Shown here in pieces: positions 41,213-50,788 of a stretch of 64,000 nucleotides of DNA (position 1 is its first letter; each line of letters opens with the position of its first letter). Origin of the DNA: Trueperaceae bacterium. Lineage in GTDB: Bacteria > Deinococcota > Deinococci > Deinococcales > Trueperaceae. Both the position numbers and the translations under genes were made by a program. Location: NCBI GenBank assembly GCA_965215565.1, contig CBDCDZ010000004.1:3872001-3936000 (forward strand), given 5' to 3'. The notes beneath the pieces were generated by a model. That model had not been told where the DNA came from and did no database searches. It was given only the letters and a program-made list of their open reading frames with translations.

Positions 41213-43179
41213 TCCTCTATACTACTCAACTCACCTCTTAGCTGCGCCACCCACGCGGCGAGCGCGTACGCCTCGCCTCTCGTGAGCGTGTCTGCGCCCG
41301 AAAACCTGTCCGCTGAAAACCCGTAGTGGCTCCAACTGGGCTCCAAACATAGACCCACTTCACAAGCGGCTACGGTGGTCATCTCGAGCGCCAACTGAGG
41401 GGTCAGCGCCCCCGAAGTGCCCCCGAAGGTAGCCAGGAGCGCTTGCCCCAGCGCGTCGCTATTCAAGAACCGCTGCCCGACGTTCGAGAGCAGGTAGAGG
41501 TAGCCCAGTGCCGACATCTCCGCGCTCAAGTTCGGCTCGTTCTCGTAGCCGCCCAGCGCCAAGCCGCGCCCCCTCAAGGTGCGGTACGCACTGAAGAACT
41601 CGTGAGAGGTGGGTCCTGAAGGCGCGCGCGCCTTGACCTCCGCCAAGTACGCGCCGCGCGCCTCCAAGCGTGCGCGCAGAGACTGAACCGCGTCCGTATC
41701 GTCCACAAACGTCGCGGGTGTCACCCCTTGCTGCGCGGCCCTAGCCGCCGCCACGCCCACCGCCTCGCCCAGCGCCATGCCGAAGGGAACGACGCGCGCC
41801 GAAGACGCCGCCAAGGGGTCATAGCCGGCGGCTTTGCCGACTACCCACAGGTTGTCGACCTCTTGGGGCACCGCCACGCAGAGCCGCGCCCCGTAGACCT
41901 CCGGCGTACCGTAGACGTAACCGTTGTCGTGAGGCGTGAGCGTCTGCACGTCCAAGGGGTAGCCGCCCGCCACCACGTCCTCGGCGGTGACGACGTTGCT
42001 CAGCACGTCGTCCACGGAGAGCGTGCAGCGCGTCTCAACGTGCCGCGTCTCGCGGATGTAGAGCGTGTCGGCCACGCCGCCGAACGTTGCGTTTTCGAAG
42101 CCAGGCAGCTCCTTCTTGAGGTAGTCGATGACGCGCGGAGCCTCGAGCCGCGCTCGCTCGTAGCCCGCCGCCACGCTCTCCGGGTCAAAGGGGTCCACGC
42201 CGTAGATGAGCAGCGCGTTGACCAAGACCGAGCCGTCCGCCTGCCTGCCCAAGTTGAGACCGCGCAGCCTGAGCCCCGCTTCCTGCGGCTCGTACGCAGC
42301 GGGATAGCCGCCGAAGTGTCCCCACGCGACGTGATCGTCTGCGACAGCATATGACTTGCCTCTCGAGCGGACGCCCCGCTTGAGGGCGGACCAGTCCACC
42401 CCGTCAATGCGGAAAACGAGCGTATCCGCCATGCGCTCGTCTAGCCCGAGCGAGGCGAAACCTAGCGAGAAGGGCGCGCCCGCTTGGGCGCTCAAGTCGG
42501 CTTCGGCGGTAGCGTCAATGACTTGGGACGCGCGCACCACCTCGGCGTCCATTCGGACGCCGAGGGCGGTTCTAGTTGCGTCGGTTCTAGCCACGTCTGG
42601 GGCAAAAGTTACACTTGTATCTTGAGGGCTCGTATCTTGGGGGCGCGAGCCGCCGATTGGGTTGGGACCTAAGCGCGCCGCCCCGCCGTCAATAGCGCCC
42701 TCGGCGTCTCTAAAAACAGGCTCCGCAGCGGTGTTCAACCTGAGGGCGACGCCCGCTTCGCCCAGCATCTCTACGAACGCATCCTCCGCCTCCCGCACGT
42801 CGAACGACCCGCCGCGTCCCACACGCTCCCACCACGCTAAAAAGAGCCCCTGCTGATAGAGCGTGGGCCGCGTGCGCAAGTCGAGCGAGTTCATCTGGCC
42901 GAGCACGAAGAGCCCGCCCACGCGCGCGTCTTCGCTGACGAGCAGCGTGCGCGCGCCCTCTTGCGCCGCCGCCACCGCCGCCGTGATCCCTTCGGGCTCG
43001 CTGCCGACGACGATCACGTCGTAGTCGTTGGGTGCGCTAGTTTGCGCCACGGTACTGTTTTGTGCTGAGGTGGGGTCTTGTACCGATGCGGTTGCAAGCG
43101 GTAGTGAGAGCAAGGCGAGTAGCGCGAGCAAGAGGTGACGTGGGGTGCGGAGCCGTGAGAAAGGGTGACAGAGTAACAT
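41209..43179 (-). CDS. Exported FAD-dependent oxidoreductase
   Basis: YDVIVVGSEPEGITAAVAAA, IDAT, YIRETR; signal-peptide-like N-terminus. Start uncertain: ATG 43179 has TACATT 7 nt upstream, and the ORF track extends to 43284. Confidence 0.82.
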   Translation of the reverse strand: MLLCHPFSRLRTPRHLLLALLALLSLPLATASVQDPTSAQNSTVAQTSAPNDYDVIVVGSEPEGITAAVAAAQEGARTLLVSEDARVGGLFVLGQMNSLDLRTRPTLYQQGLFLAWWERVGRGGSFDVREAEDAFVEMLGEAGVALRLNTAAEPVFRDAEGAIDGGAARLGPNPIGGSRPQDTSPQDTSVTFAPDVARTDATRTALGVRMDAEVVRASQVIDATAEADLSAQAGAPFSLGFASLGLDERMADTLVFRIDGVDWSALKRGVRSRGKSYAVADDHVAWGHFGGYPAAYEPQEAGLRLRGLNLGRQADGSVLVNALLIYGVDPFDPESVAAGYERARLEAPRVIDYLKKELPGFENATFGGVADTLYIRETRHVETRCTLSVDDVLSNVVTAEDVVAGGYPLDVQTLTPHDNGYVYGTPEVYGARLCVAVPQEVDNLWVVGKAAGYDPLAASSARVVPFGMALGEAVGVAAARAAQQGVTPATFVDDTDAVQSLRARLEARGAYLAEVKARAPSGPTSHEFFSAYRTLRGRGLALGGYENEPNLSAEMSALGYLYLLSNVGQRFLNSDALGQALLATFGGTSGALTPQLALEMTTVAACEVGLCLEPSWSHYGFSADRFSGADTLTRGEAYALAAWVAQLRGELSSIEE

Positions 43180-43370
43180 CGCCATCAATGTACCAAGCCG
43201 AATACCGCGCGGTGTGTGAGCTTTTTCCGCCATCTTGCGTCCCCTTCCCGCTCGAGAGACGCCTTTAAGCCGCCCTTTAACCAAGGCTCATAGCCTCCTC
43301 TTGCGAGGGTGATAGCATACCGCATGGACCCATCTATCCATGTCGATACTCACGATCTCGAGGAGACCCC

Positions 43371-44498
43371 ATGCGTTACCTAACCCCGTTACTGTCTAGC
43401 CTACTCATCGTCTTACTCACGAGCTGCCTCCCCGAAGCCGACGAGGGGCTGAGCCTCCACGACGTCTCGCTCTACGGCGCGGCGGAACCTGAAAATGCCG
43501 CGACGCTCTACGGCTACTTCTACGGCCCGCCTACCGAAGTCAGCGTGGCTGGGCGCGCCCTGACGCTGAGCGAAGGGCGCACTGAGGGTCCCCTCGCCGT
43601 GCCGAGCGCCCTCTTGGTCAATGGCGAGCCCACCTTGAATCAGCGCCTCGCGCCGCTGGGCGCAAGCCCCCTGGAGGTGCAGCGCACCCGCTTCTCGACT
43701 GACCTTATCGTGCGCGCGAACGAAGACTTGGGCACCGTCGCCTACTTCGACGGCAGCTTGTGGTTCACCCTCACCGAAGAGGTGAGCGCAGGCGAGGAGC
43801 GGCGCGTGGTGCCGCGCGAGCGTGTGAGCGGGCTTTTCGGCTTAGGTGAGCTGACCCGCGAAGAGGCGAGGGCGTTCGAGCAACTGCTCACAGAGCGTGG
43901 TCCCGTCGTCGTCGCCGCGCTGCCCGAAAGGAGAACGCAGTCGAGGAGCGTCGGCGGGCTCAGCGAGTACCGGCGCACCGCACTCTTCACGCAAGAGGGG
44001 TTGGAGACTGAGATGAGTAGTGCGAACCAAGGTGCAGACCAGCGTGACATGGCTGAGGGGTCCGGTGAAGCCTCCGAAACGGGGTTGACCTGGGAAGAAC
44101 TCGCTAAAGGCAGTCAAGTCAGCGGCGGCGAGAGCCCGCGCTTTTTCGTCGCCACCTCGCAAGCCGAGCTAGAGAACCTCTGGGGCTTGGCTTACGGCAA
44201 CCTCCTCACCCCGCCTGACCTGCCTAGCGTCGACTTCAGCCGCGAGAGCGTCGCGGGTATGTTCCTGGGTCAAAGACCGACGGGCGGCTACAGCGTAAAC
44301 GTACAGGGGGTGTCGCTCGAGGACGGCGAAGTCTACCTCCAGGTGGACGTCACCGAGCCCGCGCCCGGCGCAATCACCACGCAGGCGCTCACCAACCCTT
44401 GGGTCATGGTGCGCGTCAGCCAGCCCAACCTCAGCAGCGCCTGGTTTAGAGAGGTAGGTTCGGAGGAGCTATTGGGCGTGGCGAGAGCGGGAAAATAG
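43371..44498 (+). CDS. Lipoprotein with C-terminal PrcB-like domain
   Basis: Lipobox LTSC; VDFSRE..AGMFLGQRPTGGYSV...PG..TTQALTNPW. Confidence 0.8.
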   Translation: MRYLTPLLSSLLIVLLTSCLPEADEGLSLHDVSLYGAAEPENAATLYGYFYGPPTEVSVAGRALTLSEGRTEGPLAVPSALLVNGEPTLNQRLAPLGASPLEVQRTRFSTDLIVRANEDLGTVAYFDGSLWFTLTEEVSAGEERRVVPRERVSGLFGLGELTREEARAFEQLLTERGPVVVAALPERRTQSRSVGGLSEYRRTALFTQEGLETEMSSANQGADQRDMAEGSGEASETGLTWEELAKGSQVSGGESPRFFVATSQAELENLWGLAYGNLLTPPDLPSVDFSRESVAGMFLGQRPTGGYSVNVQGVSLEDGEVYLQVDVTEPAPGAITTQALTNPWVMVRVSQPNLSSAWFREVGSEELLGVARAGK

Positions 44499-44500
44499 GA

Positions 44501-44661
44501 AGCAATGAGTACCGAGCAATGAGTTGAAAGTTAAAGGCATTTGGTTTTCCACTTTCAACTCATTGCTCGTCGCTTTCAACTGTCTTTTACTCATTGCTCA
44601 CCGTTCGTTTCCTTCGGAAGACTGCGTAACCCCGAAAGGGGATTGCTTTTAACTCATTGCT
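44501..44661. repeat. Inverted heptamer (CAATGAG/CTCATTG) array with a structured insert
   Basis: Flanks shared with 50587-50712; lies between convergent genes. Confidence 0.75.
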
Positions 44662-44667
44662 GGACTT

Positions 44668-45837
44668 TTACGTTAGCGCGTGCGGGTCGAAGAGCCGCTT
44701 ATACTCGTCGCCTGCGAAGCGGTCCGTCATCCCCGCCAGGTAGTCCGTGACCGTGCGAAGGACACCCTTTTCTTCGGCTCTAGCCTGCAGGTGAAAGGGC
44801 AGCATGGTAGGGGTCTCCAAGTAGGCGTTGAAAAGACTCTCCAAAATTCTATCCGCCTTTTTCGTCATGCGAATTAGGCGGTAGTGGCGGTAGAGGTTGG
44901 TGAACAGAAAGTCCTTGAGGACGCGCAACTTCTCGCTCATCTCGGGCGAGGTGCTGACCAATGTCTGCGGCGCGCGGCGAACCTCTTCTAAAGTTGTGAC
45001 ACCCGCTCTTTCCAAATGCTCATGCGTGCAGTGAATCGCGTCTTCGATCATCCGCCCTAAAAGCTTGCGAATGAGCAAGTAGCGCGTCTCGTTGGTGAGC
45101 GCATACGGGTCAATCTCTAAGTCGTGCATCAGCTCGCCGACGAGCGGCACCTCTTGAATCTGCGTTCCCGTGAGGTGCCCTGAGCGCAGACCGTCGTCCA
45201 AATCGTGTGCGTTGTAAGCGAGTTCGTCCGCGACGTTGACCACTTGCGCCTCTAGCGTCGGTTGCTTGTCGGGCTCCCAATCGGCGCGTGTCAGCGTGCC
45301 GTGCAGCGTCTTTGGTAGCACCATCTTCTCGTGCTTCATGATACCCTCTAAGGTCTCCCAGGTGAGGTTGAGCCCCGGAAAGTCCGCGTAGCGCTTCTCC
45401 AATTCGGTGACGACGCGCAAGGATTGCTTGTTGTGATCGAAGCCGCCCTCCTCTTTGGCGAGGCGGTCCAGCGTGCGTTCGCCCGCGTGACCAAAAGGGG
45501 GATGCCCCAAGTCGTGGGCGAGCGCGACGGTCTCGGTGAGGTCAACGGAGAGACCCAACGCCCTCGAGATGCTCGTCGCCACCTGCGCTACCTCCAGGGT
45601 GTGCGTGAGCCGCGTGCGGTAGTAGTCGCCCTCGTAATTCACAAAGACCTGCGTTTTATATTCCAAACGCCTGAACGCGCTCGTGTGGATGACCCGGTCG
45701 CGGTCCTTTTGATACGCGGTGCGGTACGTCGCTTCCGCTTCGGGGTAAAGGCGCCCTTTTGAAAGGCTCGAGAGCGCCGCATAGGGGGCGAGCGTGGCGG
45801 CTTCGTCTGCCTCGAGCCTCTCTCTTGTAAAGAGCAT
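44668..45837 (-). CDS. dgt: Deoxyguanosinetriphosphate triphosphohydrolase
   Basis: DRDRVIH..AFRRL.YKTQV, RTRLTHTLEVAQ, HDLGHPPFGHAGE, DYLAGMTD. Confidence 0.95.
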   Translation of the reverse strand: MLFTRERLEADEAATLAPYAALSSLSKGRLYPEAEATYRTAYQKDRDRVIHTSAFRRLEYKTQVFVNYEGDYYRTRLTHTLEVAQVATSISRALGLSVDLTETVALAHDLGHPPFGHAGERTLDRLAKEEGGFDHNKQSLRVVTELEKRYADFPGLNLTWETLEGIMKHEKMVLPKTLHGTLTRADWEPDKQPTLEAQVVNVADELAYNAHDLDDGLRSGHLTGTQIQEVPLVGELMHDLEIDPYALTNETRYLLIRKLLGRMIEDAIHCTHEHLERAGVTTLEEVRRAPQTLVSTSPEMSEKLRVLKDFLFTNLYRHYRLIRMTKKADRILESLFNAYLETPTMLPFHLQARAEEKGVLRTVTDYLAGMTDRFAGDEYKRLFDPHALT

Positions 45838-45972
45838 GGAATGAGATTAGCATTTAAGGACGGGTAAGAATGTCTCAAATTGCAGTGTGGCTCAGTGAGG
45901 TACAGAAGAGGTGAGGTGAAATATCTCAAATTCACCCTTCTTCTCATCACCCTATCTCCCTTACGCCACCTC

Positions 45973-46001
45973 TTGACAAACTTAACGGCGTTAAGTAAAC
46001 T
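45973..46001 (+). promoter_or_regulatory. Sigma-A promoter of tetR with overlapping palindromic operator
   Basis: TTGACA-17 nt-TAAACT; ACTTAACGGCGTTAAGT at 45980-45996. Confidence 0.8.
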
Positions 46002-46010
46002 AGCAGCGTA

Positions 46011-46682
46011 ATGACAAAGACGACTCAAACTAAAAGTTCTAAGACTCGAGACGAGCGCATCCAGTCGCGCAGCGCCAAACGCCGCGCCAAGCAGAAGGAG
46101 GAACTGCGCTGCGCTATCTTGGCAGCCGCCAAAGACCTCTTCTTAGCGCACGGCTATGAAGGCTTCTCGCTGCGCCAAGTCGCGGAAGAGGTAGGGTATT
46201 CGCCCACCACGATCTACCTCTACTTTTCGGACAAAGACGAACTCCTTTTACATGTCTGCTTAGAGGGCTTTCAGACCTTTGGCGCGATGCTCCGAACGGG
46301 TTACGAGAGCAGCGACGACCCGAGGGAGAGGCTCGAGGCGTTGGGCGAGCAGTACTTCAAGTTCGGCCTAGAAAACCCCGCCAACTATCGCCTCATGTTC
46401 ATGCAGCGCACCGACATTCGCACCGAGGAACTGCCCGAAGGCTACGAATCTACCGAAGACAGCTTCGGTTACTTAGTCAGGACGGTTCACGAGTGTATCG
46501 GTGCAGGTTATCTGCACGGCGACCCACATACGCTCGCCAACTTCATCTGGAGCGGTATTCACGGCATCGTGGCGCTCGCGCTTGTTGACGACCCTCACTA
46601 CACCCGCAGGGATGCCGAGGCGTCGTTCGCGCTCTATAAAGAGCAGATGCACCGCATTTTGAACCGAGAGGAGAGAGGTTAA
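46011..46682 (+). CDS. TetR/AcrR family transcriptional regulator (WHG-type C-terminus)
   Basis: GYEGFSLRQVAEEVGYSPTTIYLYF.DK; WSGIHG. Confidence 0.93.
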   Translation: MTKTTQTKSSKTRDERIQSRSAKRRAKQKEELRCAILAAAKDLFLAHGYEGFSLRQVAEEVGYSPTTIYLYFSDKDELLLHVCLEGFQTFGAMLRTGYESSDDPRERLEALGEQYFKFGLENPANYRLMFMQRTDIRTEELPEGYESTEDSFGYLVRTVHECIGAGYLHGDPHTLANFIWSGIHGIVALALVDDPHYTRRDAEASFALYKEQMHRILNREERG

Positions 46683-46699
46683 AATTTTTTAATCCGTGA

Positions 46700-46714
46700 T
46701 TAACACTGTTAAGT
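46700..46714. promoter_or_regulatory. Second putative TetR operator
   Basis: TTAACACTGTTAAGT(AAA) matches the TTAAC-N3-GTTAAGTAAA site in the tetR promoter. Confidence 0.7.
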
Positions 46715-46751
46715 AAATTTAAGCCGTTCTCATTTAGTAAGGAGCAAGATC

Positions 46752-47732
46752 ATGACCCCCAACCTGCCTAACCCCACTACCTTCATCCGCCGTCTCTGGC
46801 ACACCCACGCCCCCTTGACCGTCTCCGCCTTCCTCACCCTCGGACTGCTCGCCTTCTTCACTGCTGGTATTTTCTTAGATGAGCGCATCATCACAGGTCT
46901 CCCCGCTTGGCTCAAACCAACCAAGTTCGCGATTTCGATCAGTCTCTACACTTTCACACTGCTCTGGTTTTTAGGCTCTATCAGCACGGATAAGCCTTGG
47001 CGTAAGTGGCTCGTAAGCATCCTCGGCTGGACGGTGGCGCTGACCTTTACCGCCGAGTGGCTGGCGATCATCACCCAAGCGGCGCGGGGGACGACGAGTC
47101 ACTTTAACGTCTCCTCAACGTTTGACGCCGCGCTCTGGGGTTTGATGGCAATCTCTATCATGATTTTGTGGATTGCCAACTTCATCATCGCCGGGTTACT
47201 CCTCTTTCAGCGTTTTGAGAATTCCGCCTTCGCTTGGTCCCTGCGTCTAGGGCTCATCATCACGATTGTCGGGATGGGTTTAGGCTACCTGATGACGAGC
47301 CCCACCGCATTGCAGATGGCGCAGTGGGAGACGGGCGAGCCTGTCACGATTGTCGGAGCGCACAGCGTCGGCGTGCCGGATGGGGGAGAGGGGCTGCCTT
47401 TTGTCAATTGGAGCACGCAAGGGGGCGATTTGCGCATCGGTCACTTCGTCGGAATGCACGCGCTACAGGTGATTCCCTTCTTGGGCTGGCTCGTCATGCG
47501 CCGCCGCAGGTTAAATAGAGGTCAACAAACGGCGCTGGTGTGGACTGGAGCGGCGGGCTATTTGAGCATCACCTTACTTCTAACCTGGCAAGCGCTGAGG
47601 GCGCAGTCCATTATTCAGCCGGACGCCTTGACGCTTGGCGTGTTCGGGTCTATCGTCGCCGTAACACTACTGGCAGCCCTAACCATTCTTCGGCTCGGTG
47701 AGAGATCGGCTCGAGCCTTTCAGGAGGCATAA
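46752..47732 (+). CDS. Conserved multi-pass membrane protein
   Basis: Several TM helices; WLKP.KFA.S, QAARG..SHFN, GAHSVGVPDGG.GLP...WST.GGDLR..HF.GMHALQ. Confidence 0.8.
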   Translation: MTPNLPNPTTFIRRLWHTHAPLTVSAFLTLGLLAFFTAGIFLDERIITGLPAWLKPTKFAISISLYTFTLLWFLGSISTDKPWRKWLVSILGWTVALTFTAEWLAIITQAARGTTSHFNVSSTFDAALWGLMAISIMILWIANFIIAGLLLFQRFENSAFAWSLRLGLIITIVGMGLGYLMTSPTALQMAQWETGEPVTIVGAHSVGVPDGGEGLPFVNWSTQGGDLRIGHFVGMHALQVIPFLGWLVMRRRRLNRGQQTALVWTGAAGYLSITLLLTWQALRAQSIIQPDALTLGVFGSIVAVTLLAALTILRLGERSARAFQEA

Positions 47733-47735
47733 AAA

Positions 47736-48668
47736 ATGCGTTTAGGACGTATTTTCACGCTCGTAGGTCTTACTTTCGCTTCGGTGGCAATAGCGCTCGG
47801 CGCGCCCCGTTTGTCAGGCGGTATATCAGGACGTGTCGAGCACCACTTCACTGAGCATGACGGCGTAAAAACGCACTACGTCGGTACGGGAAGAGGTCCG
47901 CTCGTCGTCCTCGTTCACGGCATCCCCGAATTCTGGTATTCGTGGCGGCAGCAAATCGAACCTCTCGCGGCAGCAGGCTTTCGGGTTGTTGCGGTAGACC
48001 AGCGCGGCTTCAACCGTTCGGACAAACCTGAAGAGAGGGAGGCTTACGCAACGCAGCACGTTGTGGAGGATGTCGCGGCGGTCATCCGTCAAGAGGGGTA
48101 TGAACGCGCTCACATTGTCGGTCACGATTCCGGCGCACTCGTCGCGTGGCTCTTCGCAACCGTTCACCCTGAGATGACCGACAAACTCACCATCTTGAGT
48201 GTACCGCACCCAAATGCGTTTGCCGAAGAACTCGCCGCGAACCCTGCTCAGCACGAAGCGAGCGAATACGCCCGCAAGATGCAGCGCGGCGACTTCGATA
48301 TTCGCGCGCTGTTCCGCGTCGGACCGCTCGGCGTGCTGCGCGACCCACCCGGCTGGCTGCTCTATACGGCGGCAGATGCCCGCACCGACCACCGCGCCGT
48401 GTCGTCGTTCTATGAGGTGAATTATCCGAGGGAACCCTATGAGGTCAACGCGACGCTACCCAAAGTGCACGCGCCGACGCTGGTGATTCACGGCGTACAA
48501 GACCAGTTTCTGCTCGCTTCGGGGCACGCGCGCAACCACGAGTGGACAGAGATGGAACCCGAAACGGTGATGCTGGACGCGGGACACTTCGTCCATCAAG
48601 AGAAGCCCGAAGAGGTTAATAGGGTGATGCTCGAGTTCCTCACACGCGGTTTTGCAGGTTCCCAATGA
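47736..48668 (+). CDS. Alpha/beta hydrolase (epoxide hydrolase-like)
   Basis: HGIPEFWYSWR.Q, DQRGF..SD, GHDSG, GHFVHQE.P. Confidence 0.9.
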   Translation: MRLGRIFTLVGLTFASVAIALGAPRLSGGISGRVEHHFTEHDGVKTHYVGTGRGPLVVLVHGIPEFWYSWRQQIEPLAAAGFRVVAVDQRGFNRSDKPEEREAYATQHVVEDVAAVIRQEGYERAHIVGHDSGALVAWLFATVHPEMTDKLTILSVPHPNAFAEELAANPAQHEASEYARKMQRGDFDIRALFRVGPLGVLRDPPGWLLYTAADARTDHRAVSSFYEVNYPREPYEVNATLPKVHAPTLVIHGVQDQFLLASGHARNHEWTEMEPETVMLDAGHFVHQEKPEEVNRVMLEFLTRGFAGSQ

Positions 48669-49087
48669 CCTTCTCTCACAGCTTGAAAACAGACGCGCCT
48701 GAAGAGGTGTGGCGGCGTTGGCTAAAGGTTGAAACGTGGCACGAGTGGGACACCGAGGTTAAAGAAGCGTCGTTAGAAGGAGATTTCAAGCTCAGTGCGA
48801 AGGGAACGCTGACGCCGAAAACCGGATTTGAAGCGAGTTTCACCATCACCGAATTCACGCCGCAACAGAGCTACACGTTCACAACGGCTTTACCTCTCGC
48901 CAAACTCCACGTACGGCGCTACTTTTCAGAGAACAGAACCACGTTCACCCATGAGGTCAGCTTCACGGGACTGCTCGCACCTCTTTTTGGACGACTTCTC
49001 GGGCAGCGATTTCAAAAGGTCTTGCCTGAGGTGATGGCGAACTTGCGTGAGCTTGCTGAAACTTCGAAAGGTGTGGTGGCGTCGTGA
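48665..49087 (+). CDS. SRPBCC/polyketide cyclase-like protein
   Basis: PEEVW..W..V..W.EWD, FT...T.LP, THEV.F.G.L. Confidence 0.75.
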   Translation: MTFSHSLKTDAPEEVWRRWLKVETWHEWDTEVKEASLEGDFKLSAKGTLTPKTGFEASFTITEFTPQQSYTFTTALPLAKLHVRRYFSENRTTFTHEVSFTGLLAPLFGRLLGQRFQKVLPEVMANLRELAETSKGVVAS

Positions 49088-49818
49088 AAGCGTTAGCAAG
49101 AGGGGTTTATTAGCTTGACTTGGGTAAGGCGAATGTTTATGTACTCGAGGCAAAGGACGGCTTAGCGTTGGTGGACACTGAGGTCGTCGGGGCGAAAGAA
49201 CGCTTGGAAACGGCGCTGCAGAAAAACGGCTTCGCTCTCAAAGACATCAACCATATTCTCATCACCCACGCCCATGTGGACCATGTTGGCGGCTTGCGCG
49301 AACTTCAAGAGGTCACGGGCGCGGAGGTCTGGGCGCACCGCTTGGATGCGCCGTTTGTGCGTAGAGGTGAGCATCCGACCTACCCGGACACGTCAAAACT
49401 CGGCTTATTCGACAGAGGTATGGGCTGGTTCATAGGTTCATTTGTTGGCGCAGAACAGCCGAGTGCGCCCGTCCACCATGAGGTTGAACAAGGAGAGGTG
49501 CTCAGTGCGGTACGCGAAGACCTCACCGTGATTCACCTGCCTGGTCATAGCCCTGGACAGATCGGGTTTTGGCTACCCGAAGAACGTGTTTTACTCGGCG
49601 GCGACGTAGCGATGCACCTCTTACCCTGGCTGCATCTGCCTTTGGGTGCATATACGCCCGACATGGCAGAGGCAAAGCGCTCGATTCTCAAAGTTGCGAA
49701 ACTAAAACCCCACACCTTAGGCGTGGGGCATGGTGCGCCGCTCATCGGTGACGCCGAGGCGAAAGTAGCGCAATTCGCCGCGAAACTTCAGAAAACTCTG
49801 ACGCCCATAAGAGGTTAG
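49084..49818 (+). pseudogene. MBL-fold metallo-hydrolase with in-frame TAG at codon 10
   Basis: GTG 49084 overlaps the upstream TGA and reads VKALARGVY*LDLGKANVY; THAHVDHVGG, PGHSPG, GD, GHG intact downstream. Reinitiation at TTG 49120 is possible. Confidence 0.7.
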
Positions 49819-49860
49819 GCTCAGTTGAAGAGGTTAGCGGGTAGGTCCCAATGAAAAGAA

Positions 49861-49996
49861 TAGCAGGTATCATCTGGTCAGCTAAACCCTCACTAAAGAG
49901 AACATCATTTAGCACGCACTTGATTGTGATGAAGTTCCGTTACAGCAAAGCTGTGAAATCTGCGAAGAAGTGTAGCAACGATAAGTGGAATTGCTA
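49861..49996 (+). repeat. Dispersed repeat family A, copy 10
   Basis: Full consensus to GTGGAATTGCTA; nearly the same insert as copy 7. Confidence 0.85.
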
Positions 49997-50004
49997 GAAG
50001 TAAA

Positions 50005-50079
50005 GTATCATCTTCGCAACATGGGTGCTCAGAGGTGCTGTAACTACTGAGCGTGCCACTGACCAGATGCAGCCCGCTA
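50005..50079 (-). repeat. Dispersed repeat family A, copy 11 (degenerate)
   Basis: GTATCATCT...GGGTGCT...CTGACCAGATG...GCTA; its terminal TAG coincides with the sufE stop codon. Confidence 0.55.
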
Positions 50080-50520
50080 GCCTGACGGCTGAGACCTGCT
50101 GTGCTCACTCACTTGCCGCTTGAGCCGCCCCATAATCGCGCTCATGCCGCGCAATCTAAGAGGTGAGATGACCTCGCCAAGTTTCATCTGCGTGTAGAAA
50201 TCATCGGGCGTCTCTAAAATCTGCTTGGGCGCTAAGCCGCTCAAGCCCTCGGACAAGATGCCTGCGAACCCTCTTGTGGTAGGCGCTTCGGGCGGCGCGT
50301 CGAAGTGAAAGACGACGTGCGCGTCGTCAGGAAATTCGGTGGCGATGAAGAAGGGTGTCTGGCACTCGTGGACCTTTTCCATTTGGTCGCGCTGACCTTC
50401 GAGTTCCGCTGGAAGAGGTGGAACCTTTTTAGAATACTCCAGAAGCATCTGGAGTCGGAGCTGCTTGGGGGCACTGCTGAAGTTGGAAACGATGCTCTGT
50501 AGCTGATCGGGAATACTCAT
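50077..50520 (-). CDS. sufE: SufE family Fe-S/sulfur acceptor protein
   Basis: VHECQTP, APTTRGFAGIL, ISPLRLRG. Confidence 0.88.
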   Translation of the reverse strand: MSIPDQLQSIVSNFSSAPKQLRLQMLLEYSKKVPPLPAELEGQRDQMEKVHECQTPFFIATEFPDDAHVVFHFDAPPEAPTTRGFAGILSEGLSGLAPKQILETPDDFYTQMKLGEVISPLRLRGMSAIMGRLKRQVSEHSRSQPSG

Positions 50521-50586
50521 ACTTCACTATAAGACGCTGGCGTGAAAGGGTGGGTCAAGGGGAGAACGAGGGGCGGGGAAGTAGCG

Positions 50587-50712
50587 AGCAATGAGCAATG
50601 AGTCTAAAGTCTTTCACTCATTGCTCACCGTTCGTTCCTTTCGCCTTCGCGAAAACTTTGTAAGCGGAAGCTAAAGCCACCAGCTTGACTGGATTGCTTT
50701 TAACTCATTGCT
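50587..50712. repeat. Second heptamer array with a structured insert
   Basis: ACTCATTGCTCACCGTTCGTT...GGATTGCTTTTAACTCATTGCTG shared with 44589-44662. Confidence 0.75.
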
Positions 50713-50788
50713 GTTCTATGAAGTCTTAACCCTGCCCCCAACACACGCCTAACCTCTTCTCACTCCCTACAAGGTTAAACTGTTCGCC

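Noticed and set aside
44668..45837. dGTPase as an antiphage defence gene
   Set aside because: Short housekeeping-type Dgt with native composition and no defence-island context
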